DNA from: Tubiluchus corallicola
Lineage: Eukaryota; Animalia; Priapulida
DNA length: 64,000 bases
NCBI GenBank assembly: GCA_030141605.1
Contig: JAQGDQ010000188.1
Coordinates: 248,001-312,000 of the forward strand
Direction: 5' to 3'
Positions 1-14,200 of the stretch are shown here, piece after piece. Position 1 is the first letter of the stretch. Each line of letters begins with the position of its first letter. A program made the position numbers and the translations under genes. The notes below the pieces were generated by a model. The model saw only the letters and a program-made list of their open reading frames with translations. It had not been told where the DNA came from and ran no database searches.

Positions 1-17
1 TCCATTTTATATTTTAG

Positions 18-1304
18 TCACAAGACGTTTGAACGCAAGGGCGATGATCTCTACACTAATGTTACATTATCTTTACAACAAGCGCTAATCGGGTTTGAAA
101 TGAAAATAGCACATCTAGATGGCCATGAGGTAATTTTTATATGGTGTTTTTTAATGTTGTGTATTGATACTTGTAGTTAGTTATTTTTTATTACCTTTTT
201 GCGGTAGACTGTGAGGTAAAATTTGTGATGCAATAGTGGTAGAATAATGGCAGTCCATCAAAAAATGACCTGATGTGTAGCATTACTACCATATTGTAGA
301 AGACTAATATAAAATGGTATTCAAGCTGGCTTGCGCACTTTGGAGAGGGGGAAAATTCCCTACAAGATATGTAGGTTGCTTTTCAATGCATCTGCAGGTT
401 TCATTTCCATTTTAATCTTTGAGAGAATGCAGATTTTGAGTAGGTTTTGCAAGTGTAATGTATATTAATGTTCTATACATTACAGGTTTACATATCAAGA
501 GAAAAAGTTACATGGCCTGGTGCTCGAATTCGGAAGAAAGATGAAGGAATGCCTAATTACGAAAATAATAACATTAAAGGAACACTTTATATTACATTTG
601 ATGTAGAGTTTCCCAAAGGCGAACTTAGTGAATCTGATAAAGAAAGTAAGTTTTTCAACATTAATTTTATTTTTGCAATTTTTTATTTTCAAAAGGTCCA
701 GCGACTCATGATTGATGCAGCAGGCATGACTGCAGTTAAATGCTCATGCATGTCTTGGGTTGGAATGCTGGAAAATATCCATTTTGGCAATTGCAAACTA
801 GTAGCCAGACTGAGTGGCTGGGGTTACTTACAATGTTAATAGTTGCAGTGCATGATGAGAACCTTGTCTACAGAATTTTATAAATAAAATACTGAACCCG
901 GAGCAGTGCTTTATCCACGTTTGGTGATATGTACCCAAGGGAGGTAAAGTACAAGGCAAAGTCACCAGAAGGATGATTAAGGTCACCCTTCATTTACTAA
1001 TCATGCTCAGGCTTGCATGATTTGATCACTAAGCACACACTGTAATCACTTGTTGTTCATCTAGCGCTTTCGTATTATATGACATACAGATGCAAGTGTA
1101 AGAGATTTTTCAGTTTCAGTATCAATTCTAAAATGATCCCTCGGTAGTTTCTGTAGCTTTCATTGTCCATGTAAATCCTAAACTGTCCTAATCAAATTGC
1201 ATTCACTGACTAATCAGCTTATTGTTAATTTCTTTTCAGCTGTCAAAAGTTTATTAAAGCAAACAAGTGAGCCCAAGTCATATAATGGACTACAAGGTTA
1301 CTGA
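18..1304 (+). CDS. DNAJB11: DnaJ homolog subfamily B member 11 (ERdj3), 3' part; last three coding exons, 5' exons lie outside the window
   Basis: Exons 18-129, 486-645 and 1240-1304 (stop TGA 1302-1304), GT-AG introns, phases consistent. Spliced product [111 protein letters not shown] matches the DNAJB11 C-terminus, including the terminal YNGLQGY. Confidence 0.96.
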
Positions 1305-2179
1305 CGAAATAGTCTTTAGGATGTTTTGTTACATAAATGGGTGTTTTTATACAATTCATTCATGCTTCGTCTCTCTTTACTTTTGTCAGCTGTTGAACTA
1401 GAATTGTCATGCACAGAATAATTACACCCAGTTTATTGATTCTGTTACATGTATGAAATTATATGTAAAAAGTTTGTTTATTGTCCATATTGCCAAAAAA
1501 GTATTGGCTCATCAAAAACAAACTGATAAATGTTATTGTTTGTTACAGTTTTATTAGATGTTTGCGGTTGCATGTTAAGTACTGTGTGTGTAACTTTCTC
1601 GTCTTTTGCTACTCGTTGACAATGATCGTTTTGTACAAATTATAAGTGAATGGCATCTGTGACCGAGGGTCTATTGTTATGAACAGACGTATGCACTAGA
1701 AAATTTATATTCTGTGATACTTAATGCAATTGTAAATGCAGTTTCGTACATGAGATATGTATTCTGCTGTCATTTGTACAGAATTTGCTCATTATTTTTC
1801 TTCTCAAATTACTCAGTAGTGAAAATAGTACATGGAAATAATGTGCTGAATGACATAAAAATGTAGACAGATTTCTATTTTAGGATGTATGGTCAAATTG
1901 TCATACCTTGTGCACACTATTAACTCTGTTGCTGCATTTAAGCATTTTGAAAATGTTTTGGCTGACCAAGTAAAATAAACTCATTAGTGTGATTACCGGA
2001 TAAATCCAGACAATTAGATGTGGATTATGGGCATAGTGTGGATTCACAATGTTTTATATTTTTTTTCAAATTTAGTGTAGTAAGTTCCTTTGTCAATGCA
2101 TAAGTTGTTGGTTTTCAGTAGCCGAGGTTAATGTGTGCAAATGTTTTTATACAGTTTACTTACTGTAATTTATTGAAGG

Positions 2180-2185
2180 AATAAA
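2180..2185 (+). terminator. Candidate polyadenylation signal of DNAJB11
   Basis: AATAAA at 2180-2185 followed by GT/T-rich sequence; another AATAAA at 1974-1979. Confidence 0.5.
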
Positions 2186-5100
2186 AGTGTTTTCTCTTAC
2201 TAATGATCGTATCTATGGTTGTTGCCTTGTCGGTAATATTAAACTTACATTTTATTTTCTCACTGCATTGCTTCATTAACCTAGTTTTTTTTATAGTAAA
2301 ACTTGGTTTAAATAATGATTTTATTTATTATTTACCTTCACAACAATACATCGCCAGATTGATGTTTTCCACTCTTCTGCTTAACAAACTATAAACAGTT
2401 CCTCTACGCTCATCTATTTATGCGAGTACCCGTTTTGTTACGTAAAAATGCCACCTGTAAAAAATTTGTTTACAATAATAAAATTTCTTATAAGTATTGT
2501 GGGCTTTTATGTAAAAACCAGTTGATTCTTGACAAGAATTTCACTGTAATGCAAGCACCTTGCTATAGCCACTGGTATGTATCTATGGCCACAGGTAATA
2601 TTTAAACTTGTAAAGGACATTCTGTTTTGACATTATACCATTAACACTAGAGTTTTTTAACAACGATTTTCATTTTTTCATATTGCTTACTGCAGTTTCA
2701 CACACTAGTTTTCTATAAACTTTTCCTCACAGTAATACATCAACAAACTGGCTGATGTAATTCCATTCTATTTAACACGCCACATGTTACTGTTTAACTT
2801 GCTGGTATTCATTCTTATTGCTGTGCTTCCCAGCACTACCTGGTATTATTTTTATTCAGTGATATTTTCCTTTCTTGTGGTCTACTCTATAATCTGTTTC
2901 ACTATGAAAGTATCATTATTATAAAATGGAGAAAAAATAATTTTTAGTGACTATGAATTTTTCTTTCCATTTAAAGACAATTTTTTATTGAAATGATACA
3001 CTTTCTTTGTTGTAATATACTTCATGATTCTTCCCATTTCCTTGGATTGTATTATTACGTACATCCAAGTAAATAATACTGCTTTTTGAACAGTCTTGTG
3101 CGGTATAATGCCAAAAGAACTGCCAGAGTAAAATGTTTAGCAAAATCACTTGCAAGAATGTTCACATTATTAAAACATGATCACACATAACATAGATTTA
3201 TATAGCATCTGACTATATTTACAACACTAATGTCAACCTGACTACACGCGTAATAATTACTGATGATCTGATAAATCTGTAGAAACATTAACATAAAATT
3301 AAACTTTCACAAAACTAATGAGAACACAAAAAAATTTGCTGAATATACCTCAGCTGGTATAACTCGGCAAAATTAAAACATAATATATGTAAATAATATT
3401 AACAAGATCCGCATTTCACAGCAATAGTTAGCAATTACACAATAAATTACTTTTTTCCTTCTGAGAATTATTAGTGTTTTAACTATATCAAACTTCTGTG
3501 CACTATTTGAAATTCTATAATCAATACCAATGTCACACTGTGTTTATGACTATAATGTACAATGCTAAATAAAACTGGCTTCAGGTGTTTATTATACTTT
3601 ACGCTAGCACACCTATGATATTTACACAAGCCCAGCAAGCTGCTCACTGAAATAATTCTTGGATGTAAACAACTCTTCGCAAAAAAGTAATATTACATAT
3701 AACAGAAACAATGTTAACAGTATAAGCCACTTAATCAGAACGTTTTCTGAAAGACACAATATTGCAAACACAAAAAGCGAGGTAACATGTTAAACAATTA
3801 TCCATTCTACTTCATCAGTCTTAATATGGTACTTTCATAAAATCTACGCATTACAAGGTAGCTTTCATGCACTTGTACTGTATTACAAAAACTGTTAACA
3901 TTGACAGCTTGTTTTTAAGTTTGTTCATTCCTGGTTGTTTACCTCAGCATGAAAGTAAAACAGTTGAAACAACAGAAAATAGTGGTAAAGCATTGCATTG
4001 CACTGACAATAACAAATTTGTTGAAAAGAGGCAACTGCTTTAAAAGATTTGTCGTGTCTGAAAAACAACAAATAATTGGCTATTTTCACAAAAAACATTC
4101 TTTGGTTAAATGTTAAAACATACATGCGGACAAAAATGTGCCACATCAAAAATTCGCCGATGCATTTATTAAGATACTAAAGTTCTTAAAGAAGTAGGTC
4201 TAATTAACAACATGCAACTAACCTACAAAAACAGGTTGAAACTTTATTCATGAAGCACAATTCAGTATCACAGTTTACAAAGCAACAAAATTAATAAATA
4301 GCATGAAAATTACCATACAAATTATTTACACTAGTTAACTACATGCATCGTAACGTTTATAAGATTATTTGATTTTTATGATCCTCCTTTATAATATACA
4401 ATGATTGTTACATAGATCTATAATAAAGAAGACCCTCAGATCTAAACAGACCTAACACCAAGAAATAAACTGTAGCTTCCGTAAATATTAAATGCATCTA
4501 ATTTAATTTTAATAAAGCCAGTTTGTGACAAATGTTCACATATAATAATCAAGTATTTGAAAGACAAACACAAGTGATAAGTTTGATTCCTAAGTTGCAT
4601 AAGTAACACTTGGATGACAACTAATGTACACAAAGACAGATTTGCAGAAGCAACCTAAAGACAGTGGTTTTGCAAAGTTGTTTTTGTAGCACCAAGAAAA
4701 ACAAGAGCTTTAAGTTAAACTGATCAAGAAAAGAAAAAAGAACTAGAATATGAGTGTGTTAATAAATTTGAGTTTACAGAGATGTGTAAATTTTACACGT
4801 CTGTAGTGTTCCCATGATTAACGCAGAATAGGAAGACACATGCATTAGAGAGAACTCAAGCATTGGCTACTGTCTACATTCTACAACAACTAAATTTTAT
4901 TAGGTTTGGTTCAAATGACACACTCAAATACAATAAAATAGAATTCAACTGTTTCAATAAAAGTAAAAATCATTGTATCACAGTGCTACTCTAGAAGACA
5001 TGTATTTTGTTCTATTCTGTTAAAAGAACAATGTAAAAAAAATTGTGATATAATAAGCTGCCATGGCTACCTGGCAAATCACTCTCTCAGTATACTATGA

Positions 5101-5296
5101 AACTTGTCCAAAATAAAAACAATGAATAAACATTTAGTTACCCCACAAATAGTACAAATTAGTTTCCTCTAGTTTTAGTTCATAAGAAAAATTAGAAACA
5201 ACTGAGTGCAAAATTACATCATATCTTAATTTTAAACATAAAAAAAATAACTAAGGACAACGATTCGTTCAAAAAGTTCCCGCAATGATACCATCC

Positions 5297-8200
5297 TTAC
5301 AATTCTGTACACCGTAATTCCCCTTTACTGCTTGACTTCATTATTCCAGTAGAAATTGCCGTTTCGTGAATCTGTAATGATAAAGCATAGCTGCATGTGA
5401 TTTTGGTTGCTTTATTACACACATGCCACATGCTGAAAAAATAAATTGCCCATGCTCAAGTATGATGTTGAAATTATTTAAGTCCTAATTATTTTATTTT
5501 CTAAGTTAAAGTAGGGTAATAGCAAAAATGGAGGCACTGCTTGGCAAGCTTTACCAACTCATATATAGTTTTTATAGTCTGTTGCAAATTTGCCACCACC
5601 AAGCAACCAAAAATAAGCATTGCAGAGCTTGATGACAACATCGTTGGGCGGGCAGATGACAACAAAAAGACCACTTGTGGATTGTTTCATGCTATCTCAG
5701 GCTATTTATTCTGTTCAGAGAGAAAGTATAATTTATATACATCCAAACACAGCTGACATTTCTACCAGTTCAGTATCTCGTCCTAAAGAATTATTGCTCA
5801 TAATAAAATACACTCCAGTATTGTTACAACCGTCAACATACGAAGCATGCAATGTGATAAACTAGTATAAAAATAGCAGATTTTTAATTAAAAATTTTCC
5901 ATCCCTTCAATAATAAACACTAACCTGGCGCAGCAGACATTTTACATTTGAAACTGAAGACACAAGAAGACTCGCTTGTCCTTTAAGTACCCTGATATTC
6001 CAAGCAAAGCTCTCTGATGCCTATATTAAAGTATCAGGTTTTAATCAATTTTCATAATCATAAAAGAAAAACAAAACAAAAATTTATATTTTTTGGGAAT
6101 GCAGTAGTATATACATGATAGATAAACGATAAACCCTCTAAGCAATTTTATTTGCACTGTACACCCAAAGTCTGGAAATAACAGACCAGTATTGAAGTAA
6201 ACCACAAGTACCTTAACTTGTTGCTGTGGAAAAACAGTTTTTTCTGCAGTTACCATGCTTTACCAAGGCATGTTTCATGCATAACTAGACTTCTAGAAAG
6301 TGTCTTCAACAGCCAAGATCTGTTATGGCTGCTCTGTTTATGAAATCTCAATACAGCATGACAGAGCACACAGAAAAGTTCTGAGGCCAGTAAAGTGTAG
6401 TAACTCCTTTCCACAGCAATAGTGTAATATATCATTTTTTTGTGATTCAATTTCACTCATTTAAATAAGTCCATGTGAAAAATGCAAAATTACTATCAAA
6501 ACAAAAATATAACTTCCACCTACTGCTAAATATTACTGCTATCACATATAAATACACGTGCCTTTGTAATTTTTCTTCCTTTCAAACCAGCATTGGTGCA
6601 TAAGTCATTCAGATCACTATAAGATAATAATGCCTCTTCTTCCACTGTCAGTAACTAATAAAAAATAAAACATTTAACAGTTTGATATTCATTTTGAAAG
6701 GTTCATGACGAATTCAAATCGCTACATTACATTTCAAAGTAATAATTTAATAATAAGTTACCTTCTCAGAGAGATTATTTGCATTATCACATAAATTCCT
6801 ACAAGCTTCAACCATCTGGAAGTGAAAACAAAAATCATGGCAAAATTGCTATCGTATTGGGCAGCCATTAAAAAGAATGATGATGATAAATTCATCAATT
6901 CATCGTTAACGATGATCAATTCATCAATTAATCGTTACTAGATTTCAGATCACGGATTTTTAGTCATAAATTGTGTCAGCCTTGGTTTATGTACAGTTGC
7001 GCACACTCGGCTATGAAACGCATCATGTATGCAAAACCTACAAACTATTAAATTATTTGTGAGAATTTTCTGATTATGACTTGCAATTAACTTTTAAATG
7101 TCACAATTCCATTAAAATGCCATTGTTCTTACAGAACATAAAAGCTCAGTAAAGATTTCAATTTCGTCATAAATAAGCTGACTAATTCAGGTAATCACAG
7201 GGTTAAATAACTTGTTCATTAATTACAAAGTAAAAAAATTATACTATATAGTAATTCTTACATTAGAAAACGCAACGAGTAACTTTCGTAGATGTTCCGG
7301 CACTAGTGAGGTAACTTCAATGTGAGGATACTAAAAAACATTCAAAAATACCATAAGTTTTTTTCTGTATTTTATAATAACTACACGAAGAACATATAGT
7401 TTTGACTGCTAGTCTCCTGCAGTGCGAGGAATATCTTTCTGGGATTAACTATTTATTCGTTCTTTAGGGCAATATGAAAGGTACTCTACACTTTGACATC
7501 AAAAAATGAATTCTGGTAGCATTTGAAAATAATTACTATTTGTTTCGTACATTGGTAAACGACATAAAATCAGTGAATTTGGTAAGTTGATCCAATACCT
7601 CATCTTCGACGCTAAAAACAAGTCGACCATGATCAGGAGTTGATGAAAAGCGTATGGCAAGAGATTTAAAGCACTGTTTGATATTCGCAATCCCATCCAT
7701 TCCGCACATTTCCTTGAAGCTTGTTGTAGATAAGTCAACATTCGTTCGCAACTCCTGTGCTTCCTTTAATGCTGGTGAAGCAGTCTACAAAGTACATAAA
7801 GATTCTTGTGATGTCTACAGTGCACGCAGTGTTTTTAAACAAACAGCCATATTGCAATTTAGCATCACATTTACTGAAAATTCTTAAAAAATCAAATACT
7901 TCTGAAAAAATCTTTGCACCATTCTGTAGCCACAGTGGTGTGTAAGTTACTATAAGATACGAAATAAGTACATTGTGACAAGGCTGAGCAGCCTTATACC
8001 CAAATGCATTAAGCACTTCCACGCAAAACATTAATCACTTTTTACCTTAAATAAATCATCCAGGCTTTTCACTCCTACAATTTTTAATGTATTGCCTTCC
8101 CGCAGATGCTTGCCTGAGCGTCGGGTCTGGCTTCCTCTCTTTGGCAACTTCTGCTAGAAACAAACACAAAAACAAAAGTGGAATAGTCACAAATTTTTAG

Positions 8201-11200
8201 CTAATAGTTTGCCGCACCATTTCAGTCACGTTTTGTGATGCTAAAATGTTCCAGCAAAATGTACCATTAAACAAAATGTTATTAAATAAAGCCATGCCTC
8301 CTACAGAAAACAACGTAAAAGCATGGAAATGTGTTCCAAGGGCGAAATCAATACTTAACGAATAGAAATCAAGTGATATGGATGTACTTATTGTAAATTT
8401 TTAATGTTATTGCAGCAGTTTGACAGATTACTGGCACTCTGATTTTTGTAGGCACAGCTATTTTGACAAGATTCCAATTTCAATTTTGCTTTGTTTGAAT
8501 TGCTGGCTAAGTTAACCGAACACCTCTGTTGCATGTTTTATATGTTGTCTTTACATTTAACGGAATTAAGGAAGCTGACCCTTTGTCTCTCACACTCCAA
8601 CTCTCTCTCTCTCTCCCCTCTCCCCCCCTCTCTCTCTCTCCTTCCTCTTTCTCCCTCATCTACCTCTCTTTTTCACTCTCTGCATGCGTGCGTGTGTCTT
8701 AAAAACGTAAAACCATTCAATTTTGCTTTCAATCTGATAAATGAAATAAGAGTCATCAAATCAGAAAAGCTGTCAAATGTTCAATGCCATGAAAATGAAA
8801 AGTTGCTAAACGCAGCGGCGGATTATGATTTTATGGGCCTTAGGCTTGAGCTTGGAACGGGCCTTTTAAATGTTGCTACACTGCTGAGCTGACGTGTTTT
8901 TGTGGAGACTGAAAAAAATTCGGAAATTTTGAACTTAAACTTAAACTGTGTAAACGTGAATTGTGTAAACTTAAATTGTGTAAACTTGAATTATGTAAAC
9001 TTAAATTGTGTAAACTTGATTTGTGTAAACCCGATTTGAAATATAGTGACTGACTGACTGAAAAAAAAACTTTTTTCTATATTTTATTTTGGCGGGCCCC
9101 TTGCTCTTTTGTCAATTTATTTTTTTTTACAAAAAAAAATTTTCGTTTTATTTTGCCGGGCCCCTTTTGATCCCGGGCCTTAGGCTTCAGCCTATTCAGC
9201 CTATAGGGCTATCCGCTGCAGGCTAAACGTGTGGTTTATTAAGCAAAAAATACAGAAAAAATTTAATAGTCTGATTTATAAGATAAACATTATGCCATTT
9301 CCAATTTGGTAAAATTGACAAAATGAAATACAAGTTATACAAAAAGTTTGAGTCAATTTAAGAAACAAACACAAAATGATACATGTCCACAGTCTTTTGA
9401 CGACTAAAGCATTATCAAACAAGTTCGAATATGAACTTTTTCAGTTACCATATTCAATGTTTTCATCGCACATAGAAAAAATGCATTTTCACAGAAAAGT
9501 AAACAAACCAAAAACATTTTTTACTTACTTCTCCTTCCATAGTGTTTGTTATAGCAACGTGGACAAACAACGTTGTGTTATCTAGTAATTCACCTGTATT
9601 TGTCAACAGTCGGATGTGTCGATAACCTGCAAAACAAAACACATAAATTAATTAATGACAAGTAAAAAATGGACATAAGGGAAAAGTTTCAAATGACATT
9701 TGCACAATATCGATCTTTGCCACCTTATAGTGTGAACACTCTTTGATAACTTGCTATGTTTGTCCATTTCCATGAAATGTTGAAACGATGCCCACAAGGT
9801 AGTGGCGAGTCACCTAAAGGCATAGGCAACTTCAAATATTGATAATATACAACATACCAGGCTTCAAACATGAGAACGGTATTGAATACTGGCCAATGAA
9901 GTCATCTCCTATGTATTCGTCGTCTAATACCACAAATCGCACCAGTGCTAATTCTGGCAGGTTGATCAAAAATTCAAAGCTTTCATCATATAACCTATTA
10001 TAATCTGAAAAATTATAACCTATTATAATCTGAACGTGTAAACAGAATCTGATATAGCTTTTAAACTTGTAAAAAGGTTAATCACCTGCAGGTATTAGAG
10101 TGACAACAGGTCTATCGATGCTACACAAAATGAAATTACTCAGTACTAGCAAATAATTTAATTTTGATTTACTGCACCTTTTTAAAATACATAAAGATGA
10201 TTGGCAAATAATGTATAAGTTAGTAAGTAAAACGCAAACTTCATAAAACATGTCTTACTGTTATTTGCCACTGTTTTCGTTCTACTTTCCGCACAATCAG
10301 ATGAGATTCCAAAAATTTGGATCATGACATAAGGATCAATGACATCACCTTTTGCTCCCGATCCTTTTGGCTTAGGAAATTCTTGTCCACTTATGATCTG
10401 CAAGAAGTTCCGTCTTATTATTCATCTACGAAAACATAACTAGAAATTTAAAGAGATATTAAAACCAAATAGTCTGCTTGGATGCTTTACGTGGCCTGTG
10501 TGTAAATTTTAAGGATTTATACTTGTGTTGCCGAAGCAACATTCCGTGACCACTCCACAAATCTCTATGCACTAATATAATATAACTACTTTACCCAAAT
10601 CTAAAGATCTTTAATCGCAACTTCATGACATTTGTCTTAAACTAGGAATTATGACAGACTGACACCAACATGTGATCAATGTACAAATATCAACTCAAAT
10701 TCTGACAAATTTTTGTTTGAAGCTACAACTTTAGTTATAACAGGTATCTACTTATCAATTCTAAAAGTTCAAGAGATTTTACTAAATACTGGTATTCGAC
10801 AAAACTAGTTTAATAACAACACATAGTTTAATTTATCTTCTCAATTTAGGTGTAACAAGAACTGTACAGAAGTGGTGATGAATGCCCTAACGTAACAGGT
10901 TTCTCTGTCAATTTTACTAGCTTCAGAATGGTAACCTGCCCTATACTGCAATTAATTTGATTTTCTTACCCTATTCTCGTACCAGGCTGTTAAATTTATC
11001 AGCACATATAACTAGCCGTGCACCTAATTATATAATGAAGAATCAGCAATCACGGTTGACTACACAAGTTCGTTAACGCAACGTTATTTCTGCTAAGCAG
11101 ACAGAACTGACTATTTGCATGACAAACAGAAAGTATGCTGTACATACTGCAATACATGATTATGCTCAAAAAGCAGGTTAAAAATGGTCTTCCTAGCTTG

Positions 11201-14200
11201 GTTTGCAAGAATTATATTACATTGTAAATTTATTAGCAGCACTTACTTTGACGTGCAAAGTTTGGGGTGATATCCCAGGTAATGATCCTTTCGTGTTGGC
11301 ACTAAAATAAGATATTTCTTCGCGCATGATAGCAGGCTTTAACACGAAGCCACAGCCACCATTTTGAAGAAAAAATCCAGTATTCAAGTCCATCATAAGA
11401 CCCGGGGTCTGGTGATTTAAGGCAACTAAATAACAATTTAAAATTACTGTTTTTATTGAAGAAATATTAAAATTAAATCTGCCAAAATTCATATTAACCT
11501 GGCAAGCATAAAAACTCCTATCTAATACCTTCCTTATCAAAACAGACTGGTATATATCCACAACTTGAGTTATTCCTTGGGTTAAATTACTTTAGAGACA
11601 GACAAGCCTCTCACATTGTTACAATAACAAACTAATAAAAGTTTAATTATAAAATAATAAAATGGTACAGATTTTTACTATTCTGCCTTTTATTTCAACT
11701 TTATAAAAAATTGAAACTGAATGGTAAAAACTTATAGTATTACATGAATAATAATAAAAACATTTAAGAGGCAAAAAGACAAACAAAATTAACATGGTCA
11801 CCTTTGGTCTAACTGAACTAAACAAACACAGTCAAAATAAATATTTGCCTGAATTAATTTTATTTGCATTCCACTTGCATATCAAATTAAATGAATTTAT
11901 TTAATGCAGAGTGAAAGTTTTCCACCGAGTAAAAAAAACAGTAAAATCGCTGCGGCTGAATGTTTCTTTTTTGTCCTAACAACAGATATGGTAGTTATTT
12001 TTTGGTAACTGTACTTGTAATTAAGTTATTAACACTTACATGGTTTATCTACATTTTCTGCCACTGACTATTATGTCATAATTCACAAATTCTAACAAAT
12101 CACTAATTACGACTTGAAAATCCCTGCCTACATGATAAAAACTTCTCACCCATACTGCACCCACAGTTCCACATGTCCTGAGGGTTAAAATTACTAGAAT
12201 CCACTCGATTTTTGTTCGGATGTACTCTGGTGAGAAACTTCTTATTATAATTGACGAAATCTTCTGGGCAAGCATGAGAGAGTTTCGATGCAGCAGATTC
12301 ACTTAAAGTGCACGACTCCCAGAAATGCTCTGTGCAAACAGAAAACAGCTCATGTTTGAACAACTGCAGAAATGGCAGCAAAGAAACAGAACATTTTAAT
12401 GTATTAAAGCAAATAGTTTTTTCCATCTAAAAGCATGATTACTCACGGCAGTTGAGTGCTGTTTGAAAATCTTCGAAACGAACAACCTTACAATAGTTCA
12501 CCAGGTCTGATAATTCTTTGCATAGCTTATGACGTTTTATTGATTCCTAAAAACAAAAAAATGTTTAAATTATCAAAATTACCAGCTAAGGCTAAATGGC
12601 TTCCCAATTTCATGGTATTAATCAAGACTATGACTATTATATTACTATCACTACTGTAAGCAAGAACATTTAGAATGAAGAGGTAAAAATAATCTAAACA
12701 AAATAATTTATAAAACCCTACAAAAATTGTTATTTAATCGATCAATATAAAGATACCTGTTTCATATAATAATTATTCAATTTATTACATTATATTACAG
12801 TATCCTTCCGCTTGCATTATATTAAGCTTAATCAAACTTGAAAAATGAAAATTTGAGCACTAATATTTCTGCAAAATAATATGAGGTTACTCGCAAGCTA
12901 CTTTAGATAGGAACAAGTAACTGTCAAATAAGCACTGCAGAGGCTAATACATTATAACTAATTGCCGTGTCCATCAGTAGTCGACCGAGAAAAATCTGTA
13001 TTCGATTTGTCTAAGTAATGCATTACCAGAACGTTTATATTGTACAGTAATCAATACCTGCACCATTTGGTTAAAGGCCGGGAATGCTTGCAGCAATTTA
13101 ATTTCTGGTTCTGGTCAGTCAGTCAATCAATAGAGTTCATTTGAAGTGAGGAACGTATTTATTAATTAAGCACAGTCAAATTAGTTTCTACTTTTAATGC
13201 CACAGAGTAGATATTTAAAAATTTACACAATAATTCCAAACACTATAGTTTGTGATAATACAGTGTGGTACAATATGGTATGGCATGGCGTAATAAATAA
13301 TCATTGCAGAAAAAACAACTTTCTATAAAATAATGTTCAATTGCAAATTAAGTCCATTTTTCGGAAGTGATTTAAAAAAGAAATTTCCAAATGTCTTCCA
13401 CTGGCGCTTACTTCATCACAAAGAAACAACAGACGACGAAAAATTTCTCACTGGTACTAGCAAAAATGCATCGTAGAATAATGCAGAAGAACAAATGTGC
13501 ATAGAATAATAAAGCTGCCTATAGTCGATGTTATTTCATATAGATGCTGCCTATAGATCAACAATGCTGTATGTTATTTCATTACGTAAAAAAATGCTTT
13601 TAGTCTCCTTACCTCAACAATCATTTATCGAACCATTTAACAAAACAAAACTAAATGTTGGATCAATACTATATCCTACTTGTTGAATGAGACCAAGGTC
13701 TCATATTAGTGTTATTTCCTGCACAAAAAGTCATTTATTTTATCTAAATCACTGGAAAGTAAATCCTAATGTACCATTGGCACAGTTAATTAACTGTCTG
13801 ATAATCCCTGAAATACAATTAGCAAGATTGTAACTGCAGTGGCAAAACGGAAAGACTGGCAGATCTGGTCAAGTAAACTCTAGTTTCTATAAATGACAGT
13901 TTTTCATATGACATTCAAACATCACTATTGAGCAACTTGGAAAGCCAAGCCATATACTGTTTCCACTTCTATCTGATTATAAAAAGCAAAGAAAAGCATT
14001 CAGCAAAACAATCATAATTGACAGTTTCACTAAAATTTCTGCACACAACTGTAGCAATTTTACCCATTTGGAAAACAACTTAAACCAGGAAATCAATAAC
14101 CTGCTCTAGATTGCGTAAATGTTAAAATCTAACTTCAAAGTAACGTCTAAAAGTCAAAAAGGGTGAATTTACTAGTATAATACATAAATCAGCCGTTTTG

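Noticed and set aside
6552-6557. Canonical GT donor 4 nt downstream of the GC donor
   Set aside because: Phase 1 against a phase-0 acceptor; would frameshift the conserved ESFAWNI segment.
8491-8892. 133-aa ORF
   Set aside because: Runs through a (CT)n microsatellite and into the hAT MITE; low-complexity translation.
8930-9040. Regular ~20-bp repeats resembling a CRISPR array
   Set aside because: No unique spacers, no cas genes, eukaryotic context; it is a minisatellite inside a MITE.
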